From the NCBI GenBank assembly GCA_021776415.1, contig JAJFFY010000011.1:73-64072 (forward strand): 64,000 nucleotides of DNA, written 5' to 3'. Position 1 is the first letter of the stretch. Each line of letters starts with the position of its first letter. The stretch comes from Hyphococcus sp. (GTDB lineage: Bacteria > Pseudomonadota > Alphaproteobacteria > Caulobacterales > Parvularculaceae). Positions 48,922 to 59,348 of the stretch are shown here, piece by piece. The position numbers and the translations under genes were made by a program. The notes beneath the pieces were generated by a model. The model searched no databases. It saw only the letters and a list, made by a program, of their open reading frames with translations, and was not told the DNA's origin.

Positions 48922-50310
48922 TTAAGCGCTCTCTGCTCTGGCCTGTCCGCTTACGCCTAACGCTTTCAGTTTACGATGCAATGCTGAACGTTCCATACCA
49001 ATAAACGCCGCCGTGCGCGAAATATTACCGCCAAACCGGTTAATTTGGGCAATTAAATATTCGCGCTCAAATCGCTCGCGGGCGTCGCGCAGAGGCATGG
49101 ATATAATCTGCTCCAGCCCCTCACCCGCCGGGATTGAAAGGCCGGCGTCCATGACCTCGGACGGCAGGTGCTCACAGGTAATCTGGATATCCGGGTCGCG
49201 ATCCATCAAAATCAGGGTCCGCTCAATGACATTGCGCAACTGGCGGACATTTCCGGGCCAATGATAGGTCTGCAGCGCCGCCATCGCCTCGGGCGAGAAT
49301 GGCCGCTTGGGCAGGCCGGAGGTGCGGGCAATCCGGTCGACAAAATAGACCGCAAGCGCCGGCACATCCTCACGCCGCTCATCAAGCCCCGGGGCCATGA
49401 CGGAAACGACGTTGAGGCGATGGAAAAGATCTTCCCGGAACCGGCCGTTCGACGCCTCCTCCAAGAGGTCTTTGGACGAGGTTGAGATAATGCGGACATC
49501 AACCGACACCGATTTCTCGCCGCCGACGCGCTTGAAGCGCTGGTCGACCAGGACGCGCAGGATTTTCCCTTGCGTTTCCAGCGGCATGTCGCCGATCTCG
49601 TCAAACATCAAAGTGCCGCCATGGGCCTTTTCCATCAGCCCGGTCATGCGCGGATCGCCGTCCTCACCCTCAATGCCGAACAGTTCCTGCTCCATCCGTT
49701 CCGGCGCAATCGACGCTGCGCTGGCGACCACAAACGCCATGTCGGCGCGGCCCGATGAAGTGTGGACCAACCGTGCAATCATTTCTTTGCCCGAGCCCGG
49801 CGGACCGGCGATCAGCACCCGCGAGCGCGCATCGGCGACCCGCTCAATGATCCCGCGAAGCGCTGTGACCGCCGATGACGACCCGATCAGACCCCAATCC
49901 GGCGCGCGGGCGCGCAATTCGGTATTCTCACGCTGAAGCCGCGCCGCTTCCAGCGCGCGGTTGACCACCAAAATAAGCCGGTCCGCGTTGAACGGCTTTT
50001 CAACAAAGTCATAAGCGCCCTTCTTGATGGCGGCGACCGCTGTTTCAATCGTTCCGTGTCCAGAAATAATGACAACCGGGAGATTGGGGTGAATGCGCTT
50101 CAACTCCTCCAAAATCTCAATGCCATCCATGGTCGAGTTTTGCAGCCAGACATCGAGAATGACCAATGCCGGCATCCGGTCGCGCACGGCCGATAGAGCC
50201 GATGTCGCGTCTGCGGCCGAGCGCGGGCTAAAGCCCTCATCTTCAAGAATGCCCGAGACCAGCTCGCGAATATCTTCTTCATCGTCGACAACAAGAATAT
50301 CAATGCTCAT
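48922..50310 (-). CDS. ntrX: Response regulator NtrX
   Basis: REC domain (LDVWL), AAA+ lacking GAFTGA, Fis HTH MERSALHRKLK; follows ntrY. Confidence 0.95.
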   Translation of the reverse strand: MSIDILVVDDEEDIRELVSGILEDEGFSPRSAADATSALSAVRDRMPALVILDVWLQNSTMDGIEILEELKRIHPNLPVVIISGHGTIETAVAAIKKGAYDFVEKPFNADRLILVVNRALEAARLQRENTELRARAPDWGLIGSSSAVTALRGIIERVADARSRVLIAGPPGSGKEMIARLVHTSSGRADMAFVVASAASIAPERMEQELFGIEGEDGDPRMTGLMEKAHGGTLMFDEIGDMPLETQGKILRVLVDQRFKRVGGEKSVSVDVRIISTSSKDLLEEASNGRFREDLFHRLNVVSVMAPGLDERREDVPALAVYFVDRIARTSGLPKRPFSPEAMAALQTYHWPGNVRQLRNVIERTLILMDRDPDIQITCEHLPSEVMDAGLSIPAGEGLEQIISMPLRDARERFEREYLIAQINRFGGNISRTAAFIGMERSALHRKLKALGVSGQARAESA

Positions 50311-50333
50311 GGGTAACTGCTCTTTTCACTTTT

Positions 50334-52625
50334 CTACTCAGCCGCTGCGGGACTGCTCGCAACCGCCGTTACTGCACCGGCGCACGGCAAACTCATCGTG
50401 ATCCGCGCGCCTTTACTTCCTAATGATCCGTCATCTGAAAAATCCAATGAACCGCCGTGATCTTCCGCGACTTTCTTGACGATCGCGAGACCAAGACCGG
50501 TGCCTTTGGTTCGCGTCGTCATATAAGGCTCGGTCAGGCGATGGCGTTCTTCCTTGGGCAGGCCGACGCCATTGTCGATGAAATGAATTCTGGAAACGCC
50601 GCCATCGACTGTGATTTCAACCTTGATCTTGCCGGGCGTCGCAACGTCCTCACCGGCAAGCCGCGCGGTGACCGCCTCGCCCGCATTCTTCAGCAGGTTG
50701 GAAAACGCCTGCACCAGCAGCCGGCCGTCACATTCGGCAAACACCGGCATATCCGGCGCGTCAATGATGAATTCAATGTCAGGGAACGTCACTTTCTGTG
50801 GGAAGACGGCAGCTTTCACCAGCTCGCGCAAATCTTCCCGGCCAATCACCGGCTTAGGCATCCGCGCGAAAGACGAGAACTCGTCAACCATGCGGCCGAT
50901 ATCGTTGACCTGCCGGATAATCGTTTCCGTGCATTTATCAAAGACCTCCGGCGTCGAGGTTACCTCATTGAGATATTTCCGGCGCAACCGTTCGGCCGAT
51001 AGCTGGATCGGGGTGAGCGGGTTTTTAATCTCATGTGCGATGCGGCGTGCAACATCGCCCCATGCGGCGTTGCGCTGGGCGGAGATCAATTGGGTAATAT
51101 CATCAAATGTCGCAACATAGCGTTTGCGCCCATCAACGATGTCCTTAACGATACGAACGTTCAGCGTCTGCAGGCGCCCATGACGCGTCAAGTTGATTTG
51201 ATCTCCAACCTCAGCAAAGGACGAGGCTGCCGATGCTTCAAGCAGCTCGCATAGCTCCGGCATCACGGTTTTGATGTTCTGGCCGGGAAGCCGGCCGGCG
51301 TCTTCGCTAAGAAGTTCGGCCGCTGACTTGTTCGCAATCGTAATCCGGCCGCCCTCGGCAAGACCGATAACGCCCGCCGATACTCCGGACAGAACCGCCT
51401 CGGTAAATCGCCGGCGTTCATCAAACTGCCGGTTGGTGTCGATGAGATCGTCGCGCTGGGTTTGCAACTGTGCGGTCATGTGGTTCATGGAACGGGCGAG
51501 AACGCCAAGCTCGCCGTCGCCGTGAAGCACTTCAACACGCGCATCGAGCGCGCCGCCGGAGACCCGACCGGCCATATCGACCAGCCGCGTGATCGGTTGC
51601 ACCAGGCGCGTCGCCGCCCATAGCGCCAGCCATATGGCCCCGAAAAGGATGATAACCGCAAGTACGATATAGCCGAGAAGGAACACCCGCTCGAGGCGCG
51701 CGCGGCCGAGTTTTGCATCCTCCCAGTCGGCGACGACGCTGCGCGTGGCGACCAGGCGCCCGGCGGTCCTGGCGTCAATCGAGCGATAGGCGATCAGCGT
51801 GCCGCCATCATAATAGGCAAGCCCCAGCGCGCCGACAAAAATATCAAACTTTTCACCATCGTTGACGCCGAAGAAAAACACCTCCCCGGGCAAGTTTGCG
51901 GACTGGACTTTATCAAGATTTGCCGCCGACGGCAGATTGTAACTTCCGGGCTCAATCTCGGCGCGGACCATGATGCGCATATCGCCGTCGATCAGATAAA
52001 GCGCCGAAAGCCCGCGCACCTGAGCTTGCGCAAATAGATAGCGCCGGAAGCTGATTGGCGTTTCGGTAAACCCAAGCCCAGCCTCTTCCTGGCGACTGAT
52101 GTCAAAGGCGATCTCGCGCATGGTCTGTTCATGCTCGACCCGGCGCATATCGACGATGCCATTGGCAAGATCACGCACGGTATTTTGATAATTATCAATC
52201 CGCTCACTGAAGACATCGTTGAGGCTGGTGCGCAAAATGGTGAATGCGAATAAAAACGCGATGATCGCCGGGACCACCGCGAGGGCGGAGAAAATGCCGA
52301 CCAGCTGCATATGGGTGCGCGAGCCGGCAAGCTGATTGCGGCGCTCGGACAACACATGCCACAGCCGGACGCCAATCAGGATTGCAAAGCCCGCAGCAAT
52401 GACAATATTGCCAACCACCATCCAGGTCAGGAAGGCGCGGTCGACGCGCTCGACCAGCGGCGACATCAAAAACCAGGTGGTCAGGAACGCAACGCCGCCC
52501 GCGCCGAACAAGGCCGCCGCCGCCGTCGTATTCGACAACGCCCATTGCGGCAGAAAACGCGCGGCGCCGCGCGCGCTAGTCGCCGCGTCGCCAGCCTTGT
52601 CTGCGATGTGATCTTCTAAACCCAA
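50334..52625 (-). CDS. ntrY: Sensor histidine kinase NtrY
   Basis: TM segments, HAMP, PAS and AWGDVARRIAHEIKNPLTPIQLSAERL; TTG start uncertain. Confidence 0.93.
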   Translation of the reverse strand: MGLEDHIADKAGDAATSARGAARFLPQWALSNTTAAAALFGAGGVAFLTTWFLMSPLVERVDRAFLTWMVVGNIVIAAGFAILIGVRLWHVLSERRNQLAGSRTHMQLVGIFSALAVVPAIIAFLFAFTILRTSLNDVFSERIDNYQNTVRDLANGIVDMRRVEHEQTMREIAFDISRQEEAGLGFTETPISFRRYLFAQAQVRGLSALYLIDGDMRIMVRAEIEPGSYNLPSAANLDKVQSANLPGEVFFFGVNDGEKFDIFVGALGLAYYDGGTLIAYRSIDARTAGRLVATRSVVADWEDAKLGRARLERVFLLGYIVLAVIILFGAIWLALWAATRLVQPITRLVDMAGRVSGGALDARVEVLHGDGELGVLARSMNHMTAQLQTQRDDLIDTNRQFDERRRFTEAVLSGVSAGVIGLAEGGRITIANKSAAELLSEDAGRLPGQNIKTVMPELCELLEASAASSFAEVGDQINLTRHGRLQTLNVRIVKDIVDGRKRYVATFDDITQLISAQRNAAWGDVARRIAHEIKNPLTPIQLSAERLRRKYLNEVTSTPEVFDKCTETIIRQVNDIGRMVDEFSSFARMPKPVIGREDLRELVKAAVFPQKVTFPDIEFIIDAPDMPVFAECDGRLLVQAFSNLLKNAGEAVTARLAGEDVATPGKIKVEITVDGGVSRIHFIDNGVGLPKEERHRLTEPYMTTRTKGTGLGLAIVKKVAEDHGGSLDFSDDGSLGSKGARITMSLPCAGAVTAVASSPAAAE

Positions 52626-52705
52626 CTCACGCCGTCCTGCGGGATCTCAAAACCGTACTATCCACCCCCGGATACACGGGTCCTCACAAGAGGCCCGCGT
52701 GCAAT

Positions 52706-52823
52706 CCGTGGCTATTCAGTGGCTATTCAGTCAATTGCAAGCCACCAATTGCAAGCCACGAACCACGGGGATGCTGCGTCGATTGTTGCAAAAAATCAAC
52801 ACAAATGTTGCTAAAATGAAACA
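52706..52823. promoter_or_regulatory. ntrY upstream region: tandem repeats plus two palindromic sites
   Basis: (GTGGCTATTCA)x2, (CAATTGCAAGCCAC)x2, TGTTG-N8-CAACA (52784-52801) and TGTTG-N8-AAACA (52806-52823). Confidence 0.6.
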
Positions 52824-52846
52824 GTCGGTAACAGGCCGTGTGGCGG

Positions 52847-53857
52847 TCAGGCGGCGAAGCTCTCGAGAGCGGCGTCATCGCGCTCGAAAAAGGCGCTCAA
52901 ACCCTCAACAACCCGCTCCGGCGTCGCGATCCGGCAGATCGCCGCCCGGAAGGCTCGGCGCTGCGCCGGGGCGATATCTACGGGCGCATGGTCGACATAA
53001 GCGGCAAGGTGTTTTCGCGCCATCCTGACGCCGAGCGGTGCGCCATAATGGGCGATGGTCTCAGCATAATGCACAAGTGCTGTGTCTTTCTGGGCGTCCA
53101 GCGACGGCGGCGTCATCGCCTCGCCGGTCGCCAACGCCCTCGCCACCGCACCGGCGAGCCATGGCCTGCCAATCGCCGCGCGCCCGATCATGACGCCGTC
53201 GGCGCCGGATTGGGACAGCGCCAGCCGAGCGGTCGCGTCATCGACGATATCGCCGTTAACGATAACCGGGATGCTGACCTCCTCCTTAACCGCGCGCACC
53301 GCGGTCCAGTCGGCCTCGCCAGTAAAAAACTCACAGCGGGTGCGGCCATGTACGGTGATCATCGCAACGCCGGCGCTTTGCGCCCTAGCGGCGAGCTCTG
53401 CCGCGTTCAGGCAATCATGGTCCCAGCCGAGACGCATCTTCAGCGTCACCGGCTTCGACGTCGCCGCCACTGTCGCCTCGATCAGGCGCAAGGCATGATC
53501 GAGATCACGCATCAGCGCCGAGCCGGACGCGACGCCCGTCACCTGCCGCGACGGGCAGCCCATATTGATATCGATGATATCGGCGCCGGCGGCCTCGGCG
53601 AGCTTTGCGCCTTGCGCCATCCACTGCGCTTCGCGCCCGGCAAGCTGGATCACAAACGGAAAGACGCCGCTATCGCCGGCCGCGCGGCGCACCACATCCG
53701 GCCGCGCCCGCGCCAGCTCAATACTGGCGACCATTTCCGAGACAACCATCCCCGCGCCAAGGCGCGCCGCCGCCCGCCGGAACGGCAGATCGCTGATGCC
53801 GGACATCGGCGCTACGACGACATTGTTGGCGAGGTTTATATCGTTGATAGAAAACAT
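52847..53857 (-). CDS. dusB: tRNA-dihydrouridine synthase DusB (NifR3)
   Basis: APMSGISD, IDINMGCP, VHGRTR, NGDI and MIGR. Confidence 0.96.
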   Translation of the reverse strand: MFSINDINLANNVVVAPMSGISDLPFRRAAARLGAGMVVSEMVASIELARARPDVVRRAAGDSGVFPFVIQLAGREAQWMAQGAKLAEAAGADIIDINMGCPSRQVTGVASGSALMRDLDHALRLIEATVAATSKPVTLKMRLGWDHDCLNAAELAARAQSAGVAMITVHGRTRCEFFTGEADWTAVRAVKEEVSIPVIVNGDIVDDATARLALSQSGADGVMIGRAAIGRPWLAGAVARALATGEAMTPPSLDAQKDTALVHYAETIAHYGAPLGVRMARKHLAAYVDHAPVDIAPAQRRAFRAAICRIATPERVVEGLSAFFERDDAALESFAA

Positions 53858-53914
53858 TCTTCTTGGGCGTCCTTGGCTACGAGGGTGTTTAGCCGTTAAA
53901 CCAACAGCTTACAA

Positions 53915-55114
53915 ATGAGTTTGCACATGGTTCAGTCGAAAACGATCGCCATCATTGTCGCTGCCGGGCGCGGCGCGCGGGCGGGCGCGGGCGGGCCGAA
54001 GCAATATCGCGCCCTTGGGCAGCGGGCGGTGATCGCCTGGACGGCGGAGACGTTTCTTAACCATCACGACATCGATGCGGTGCGCATCATCATCCACCGC
54101 GACGATCACGATATTTATGAAGCAGCGATGGCCGGGCTGCTGGCGCACCCCAAACTGATGGCGCCGGTCGATGGCGGCGCCCAGCGCCAGGACTCGGTGC
54201 GCATCGGTATTGAAAGCCTTGAAGCGGACGCCCCCGCACATGTTCTCATTCACGATGCAGCAAGGCCGTTTATCGATGCGCCGACCAACACCCGCGTCAT
54301 CGCCGCGCTGCAAACCCATGACGGGGCGATCGCCGCCCTGCCCATGCACGACACTATTAAGCGCGCGGGCGCCGATGCGCTGATCGGCGCGACTGTACCG
54401 CGCGACGATCTATGGCGGGCGCAAACGCCGCAAGGGTTTCACTATGGCAAAATCCTCAGCGCCCATCGCGCCGCCAGTGGCGAGGTGCTGACTGACGACG
54501 CCGCGGTCGCGGAAGCTGCACAGATGCGTGTCGCGCTGGTCGCCGGTTCGCCGGACAACATGAAAATCACCCAGGCGGAAGATTTTGGCATGGCCGAAAT
54601 TCTGCTGCGACGGAAAGTAGACGAGATGGAATACCGCACCGGCCACGGCTTTGACGTTCACGATTTTGAAGATGGCGCCGCCGTCATCCTTTGCGGCGTT
54701 GAAATCCCCCATGACAAAAAGCTCAAAGGCCATTCCGACGCCGACGCCGGCATGCACGCGCTCACCGACGCCATTCTCGGCGCCATCGGCGAAGGCGATA
54801 TCGGCGATCACTTCCCGCCTACCGACCCGCAATGGAAGGGCGTTGCCTCCAGTGTTTTTCTGGCCAAGGCGCGCGACCTGGTCACCGAGCGGGCTGGTCG
54901 CATCACCCATTGCGACGTGACGCTGATCTGCGAAGCGCCGAAGATCGGCCCCTATCGCGAGAAAATGCGCGCGGCGCTAGGCGAAATTTTAAAAATTGAG
55001 ACAGCACGAATTTCTGTCAAAGCAACGACCACGGAACAATTGGGCTTTACCGGCAGGCGCGAAGGCATCGCCGCGATGGCGACAGCAACGGTTGCTTTGC
55101 CGGTGGAGACTTAA
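53915..55114 (+). CDS. ispDF: Bifunctional IspD/IspF
   Basis: AAGRG.R...PKQY, HDAARP, QTPQGF; G.GFDVH, GHSDAD, GDIG.HFP and KATTTE. Confidence 0.96.
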   Translation: MSLHMVQSKTIAIIVAAGRGARAGAGGPKQYRALGQRAVIAWTAETFLNHHDIDAVRIIIHRDDHDIYEAAMAGLLAHPKLMAPVDGGAQRQDSVRIGIESLEADAPAHVLIHDAARPFIDAPTNTRVIAALQTHDGAIAALPMHDTIKRAGADALIGATVPRDDLWRAQTPQGFHYGKILSAHRAASGEVLTDDAAVAEAAQMRVALVAGSPDNMKITQAEDFGMAEILLRRKVDEMEYRTGHGFDVHDFEDGAAVILCGVEIPHDKKLKGHSDADAGMHALTDAILGAIGEGDIGDHFPPTDPQWKGVASSVFLAKARDLVTERAGRITHCDVTLICEAPKIGPYREKMRAALGEILKIETARISVKATTTEQLGFTGRREGIAAMATATVALPVET

Positions 55115-55119
55115 ATCCC

Positions 55120-55611
55120 ATGCAGGCAAAGCTCATATTCGATTTAGCTCAAACGGTCATCGACAAGGCAAGCGCCGAAGGCATTGTCGTCGCTGCTGCT
55201 GAATCCTGCACCGGCGGCATGATCACCGCAGCGCTCACCGACATTGCCGGCTCGTCGGCTGTGGTCGATCGCGGCTTCGTCACCTACACTAACGAGGCCA
55301 AACACGAAATGCTTGGCGTAGCGATGGAGCTGATTGATCAGCACGGCGCGGTCAGCGAGGAAGTCGCCAGCGCCATGGCCGCCGGGGCGCTGCAACACGC
55401 GCGCGCTGACATTGCGGTTTCGGTTACCGGCATCGCCGGGCCGACCGGCGGCAGCGCTTCAAAGCCTGTTGGTCTGGTGTGGTTCGGTCTCGCCCGGCGC
55501 GGCGGCGGCGTTCTAACCGAAAAACATATCTTCGAGGCCAAGTCGCGCGATTTTGTCAGGACAGAGGCGGCCCAAAAAGCCCTGCAACTCATCCTCCGCG
55601 CGCTCGATTAA
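55120..55611 (+). CDS. pncC: CinA / PncC nicotinamide-nucleotide amidohydrolase
   Basis: AESCTGG, GAVS and TGIAGP.GG...KPVGLV. Confidence 0.9.
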   Translation: MQAKLIFDLAQTVIDKASAEGIVVAAAESCTGGMITAALTDIAGSSAVVDRGFVTYTNEAKHEMLGVAMELIDQHGAVSEEVASAMAAGALQHARADIAVSVTGIAGPTGGSASKPVGLVWFGLARRGGGVLTEKHIFEAKSRDFVRTEAAQKALQLILRALD

Positions 55612-55630
55612 GGCCAGGCTGGCGCGACCT

Positions 55631-56515
55631 TCAACGCGGCCGCGACTTGAACAGACATCGATCGGCAACGCTCACCAACTCCCGTTCGCCATCATCCAGC
55701 GTCACCGAAACGAAATTGTCTGCATACTCGCCCGGCGCCGCTGCCGCGACACTGGTAATCCCAAATCTGTGTTGCATATTCGACAAAGACGGCCGCCAGC
55801 GCACGCTGAAGACCCGCTGACCTTGCGCGCCGCGATAATTGTTCCATGTGCGCGCGCCCGTGGCGCAGGCGTAAGCGTTCCAGTGTGCGAAATAGATATC
55901 TTCGGAAATTTTATGTTTTTGAACAAAATTTTCCTGCGCGCGTTTCGACGCTTCGTAATGTTTGCGCAGTATTTTCAGCGCTGCCGCGTCAAGCGGTTTT
56001 TCCCTGGCGAAGAAGATTTCGATATAGCGATCAAAACTGCGCGGCGCGGTAGAGCCATGCCAGCCGATATCGGCGCCCTCTAACAGAAATTTCCGGCTCG
56101 CAGCGACAAACAGATAATTGGCGCAGCTCGAATAGCACCCCTCGGCGACAATCAGGTCAAAGCCATGCACCGATAACAGATCGGCGATATTGATGGCGCT
56201 TGCGACCGAGCCGCCGTCGCTATCGACCACCACCGCCAGGTCTCGCTGGCTGAGCCGCAGGCTTCGCGTGATTTCCTGCTCCATCCGCTTGTCGATCTCA
56301 CCGCGGAGGCACAACACATCGCGGTCTTTAAACGAGGCGAGCGATACTGACGCGGCGCCTTTACAGCTTTTTGCAATCTGGCGCGCCTCAAACAGCTCAC
56401 TACCAAGAGCCTGCGCCGGCAACGACGAGACGCCGAGAAGCGCCGCCAACACCCCACAAAAGCGCCGACAAAAATTCATCGAAGCATTCTTTTGCAAAAA
56501 CTGAGGCGGATTCAC
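55631..56515 (-). CDS. Secreted hypothetical protein with a ClpP/crotonase-like fold
   Basis: Signal peptide; LRGEID, DSDGGSV, CYSSCANYLF and IGWH. Confidence 0.7.
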   Translation of the reverse strand: MNPPQFLQKNASMNFCRRFCGVLAALLGVSSLPAQALGSELFEARQIAKSCKGAASVSLASFKDRDVLCLRGEIDKRMEQEITRSLRLSQRDLAVVVDSDGGSVASAINIADLLSVHGFDLIVAEGCYSSCANYLFVAASRKFLLEGADIGWHGSTAPRSFDRYIEIFFAREKPLDAAALKILRKHYEASKRAQENFVQKHKISEDIYFAHWNAYACATGARTWNNYRGAQGQRVFSVRWRPSLSNMQHRFGITSVAAAAPGEYADNFVSVTLDDGERELVSVADRCLFKSRPR

Positions 56516-56967
56516 TGCGCGCCGCCGTAAAGATCGTCGGCGCGGGCGACAAACGCCTCGCTCATGCGCGCAAACGCCTTTTCAAAAACCACCCGCGCCG
56601 TCGATTGCAGCACGATGTTGCGAAATTCAAACTCAATGAAAAAATGAATCGTCGAGCCGCCATCCGCCCTGTCTTCAAACCGCCACTGATTGTGCAGCCG
56701 CTGGAACGGGCCGTCGAGATAATGAACGTCAATCTTCTTAGCCGCAGCGTCAAGCGCAACGTCGCTTTTGAAGCGTTCGCGAAAAACCTTATAGGAAACG
56801 ATCATCTCTGCGCGCAGCTTTCCCCCCGCATCAGAAAGATCGCTATTGAGCATACGAAGCGCGATGCACCAGGGCAGAAACTCCGGGTACCTCTCAACAT
56901 CAGCGACCAGATCAAACATCTGCGCCGCGCTGTAAGGGATATCAGTACTGGTGGTCCGCGACGTCAT
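56512..56967 (-). CDS. ratA: RatA/PasT/Coq10 START-domain protein
   Basis: [24 protein letters not shown] and AF..RA; follows lipA. Confidence 0.9.
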   Translation of the reverse strand: MTSRTTSTDIPYSAAQMFDLVADVERYPEFLPWCIALRMLNSDLSDAGGKLRAEMIVSYKVFRERFKSDVALDAAAKKIDVHYLDGPFQRLHNQWRFEDRADGGSTIHFFIEFEFRNIVLQSTARVVFEKAFARMSEAFVARADDLYGGAQ

Positions 56968-57944
56968 CCGGCAGTCTTTGCCAGCCTCTCACGCGCCGCT
57001 TTCAGTTTTGCAAAGTCCTCGCCCGCATGATGCGATGACCGGGTCAGCGGCGATGCGGAGACCATAAGGAAGCCTTTCGCCCGCGCCATGGTCTCGTATG
57101 ACTTGAACTCGTCCGGGTGCACGAACCGGTCGACCGGCGCATGTTTGCGCGTCGGCTGGAGATATTGGCCGATAGTGATGAAATCGATGCCGGCCGAGCG
57201 CATGTCGTCCATCACCTGCATCACCTCTTCGCGCCCCTCGCCGAGGCCGACCATGATGCCGGATTTTGTGAACATCTGCGGGTCACGCTCCTTGACCTTT
57301 TCTAACAATCGCAGGGAATGAAAATAGCGCGCACCAGGACGGATCGTGAGATAAAGCCGCGGCGCGGTTTCAAGATTGTGATTGAAGACATCGGGCTTGG
57401 AATCGATGACGATCTCCGCCGCGCCGTCCTTGCGCAAAAAGTCCGGCGTTAAAATTTCGATCGTGGTTTCAGGCGAGCCGGCGCGGATCGCGCGCACCAC
57501 TTTGGCGAAATGTTCCGCGCCGCCATCGGCTAGATCATCACGGTCAACCGAGGTGATGACCACGTGCTTCAAGCCCATTTCAGCGACAGCTTCCGCGACG
57601 TGTTCAGGCTCTGATGCATCTAGCGGTCCCGGCAGGCCGGTCTTCACATTGCAAAACGCGCAAGCCCGCGTGCAGGTGTCGCCCATGATCATCATGGTTG
57701 CGTGTTTTTTATCCCAGCACTCGCCAATATTCGGACATGCCGCTTCTTCGCAAACCGTATGCAGGCCTCGCGAGCGGACAATCGCACGGGTCTCGGCATA
57801 GCCTTTAGAGACCGGCGCCTTGACGCGGATCCAATCCGGCTTTCGCAAAATCGGGCTGTCGGCGCGCGCTTGCTTTTCCGGGTGACGCGGCCGCGAGGCT
57901 TCGCGCTTCGGGCCGCCATTGGGGGTGTCGATCAGGGTCGCCAT
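56964..57944 (-). CDS. lipA: Lipoyl synthase
   Basis: [20 protein letters not shown] and RSSHHA. Confidence 0.98.
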   Translation of the reverse strand: MATLIDTPNGGPKREASRPRHPEKQARADSPILRKPDWIRVKAPVSKGYAETRAIVRSRGLHTVCEEAACPNIGECWDKKHATMMIMGDTCTRACAFCNVKTGLPGPLDASEPEHVAEAVAEMGLKHVVITSVDRDDLADGGAEHFAKVVRAIRAGSPETTIEILTPDFLRKDGAAEIVIDSKPDVFNHNLETAPRLYLTIRPGARYFHSLRLLEKVKERDPQMFTKSGIMVGLGEGREEVMQVMDDMRSAGIDFITIGQYLQPTRKHAPVDRFVHPDEFKSYETMARAKGFLMVSASPLTRSSHHAGEDFAKLKAARERLAKTAG

Positions 57945-58005
57945 GTATGCTCATGTAGCAGCGGCGCCAAACGAATGTAAGGGGCTGAAATCACCCCAAA
58001 AACGA

Positions 58006-58728
58006 TTAAACCAGGCGCTCAGCCATCTCCACCAGCTCATCAAAGGGCCGGTGAATGAGCGAGCCGTCAAGCGGCTCTCCGAGCGCGACATTGATCGCTT
58101 CCCAGGCCTCAATCGAATCGATTACGGGCGCCGCGCCAGTGCTGGCGAGTTTTGAGCCCTCGGTGGTGAATTTGACGACCTCGCGCGAGACCGGCAGGCG
58201 CAGCCACCGCCACACCCGGCGATGCAGCTCGCCATCACAATAAAGCTCCCAGCGCGGATCGTCGCCGTCATTGGTAATATCGAAAAATAACGTCTTCAGA
58301 TCACCCGCATCTGCCATTGCGATAACGCCATGGTCATATTCGAAAAACCGCGGACTGCGCCCATTGCTCAAAAAGGACGACTCGCCAAACCCGCATCGCA
58401 GATCGGCGATGGCTTGCTTTTTAGCACGCGCAAGGGTTTGAAATTCAGAGACGATGTTCGGCCATTCCTGCTTGCCGACAAAATAGACGCCGGCGCCGAC
58501 AATCACGAAAATCATAGCCGCAATCTGTAGCGCTGATATGACCCCCTCGCCCTGATACACAAACGCCATCGCCACCGGCGCAATCAACGCAAACGCCGCC
58601 GCAATCGGCCGCTTAAATCCAATCAAATCATCGCGCGCATAATCATTCACATTATCAAGAAACGCCGCGTCGGTTTTAAGCCGAACGGCGACGGGAACGG
58701 GGATAGCTACGCGAGCAGTCGACAACAT
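58006..58728 (-). CDS. Hypothetical protein with two TM segments
   Basis: Long ORF, GGAG RBS, two hydrophobic segments. Confidence 0.7.
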   Translation of the reverse strand: MLSTARVAIPVPVAVRLKTDAAFLDNVNDYARDDLIGFKRPIAAAFALIAPVAMAFVYQGEGVISALQIAAMIFVIVGAGVYFVGKQEWPNIVSEFQTLARAKKQAIADLRCGFGESSFLSNGRSPRFFEYDHGVIAMADAGDLKTLFFDITNDGDDPRWELYCDGELHRRVWRWLRLPVSREVVKFTTEGSKLASTGAAPVIDSIEAWEAINVALGEPLDGSLIHRPFDELVEMAERLV

Positions 58729-58895
58729 TTTTTACAACTCCAACAAAACCAGCAGAAAAAAGACTGCGCTGCAGGGCTTGCCGTCGGCTTAACTCTTAAC
58801 GGTCAAATTGAATCGTATTTTCGTGGATTTGCCGCCAAATCCGCTAAATACCTCGCCCCTATCCAAGACTTAATGAGCACCGAAATCAGATCTGG

Positions 58896-59348
58896 TCAGA
58901 GCTGCACGGCGGTACGGCGCAGCACCTTGCGGATGGAAAAATTGGTAATCACCCGATCGACGCCCGGAAGCCGAGTGAGGATGTCGGCGTGGATGCGTTC
59001 ATAATCGATGCCATCGCGGCAAAGAATGCGCAGCAAATAATCTGAAAGCCCGGCCATAAGATAACACTCCATAATCTCGCGATGGAGCAGCACGGCATTT
59101 TCGAAAGCGGACAGTGTTGCTTGTCGTTGGTTTTTTAACGTCGCCTGAACAAACACGGATGTTTCCATCCCCAGCTTGCGCTCATCAACAATAACCACTT
59201 GTTGCGCAATCACGCCCGACCGGCGCAACTCCTTGACGCGCTTGTGGCAGGCCGACGGCGACAGCCCTACTTGTTCGCCCAGTTCTGAAAAAGGCGTTTG
59301 CCCGTCTTCCTGAAGGACGTTCAAAATAGCGGCGTCAAACTCGTCCAT
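58896..59348 (-). CDS. Lrp/AsnC regulator (AldR-like)
   Basis: D..IL..LQ.DG...SELGEQVGLSPSAC..RV; divergent from ald. Confidence 0.92.
   Translation of the reverse strand: MDEFDAAILNVLQEDGQTPFSELGEQVGLSPSACHKRVKELRRSGVIAQQVVIVDERKLGMETSVFVQATLKNQRQATLSAFENAVLLHREIMECYLMAGLSDYLLRILCRDGIDYERIHADILTRLPGVDRVITNFSIRKVLRRTAVQL

Noticed and set aside
48922-50310. Missing GAFTGA motif in the sigma54-type activator
   Set aside because: Normal for NtrX
52708-52759. Mini CRISPR array
   Set aside because: Repeats are 11-14 bp, directly adjacent, with no spacers or cas genes
56512-56967. ratA as a toxin-antitoxin toxin
   Set aside because: No ratB; it is a Coq10-like START protein in its usual position after lipA
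58789-58800. CtrA site upstream of the 58006-58728 gene
   Set aside because: Only half-sites (TTAACTCTTAAC) with the wrong spacing; too weak to call
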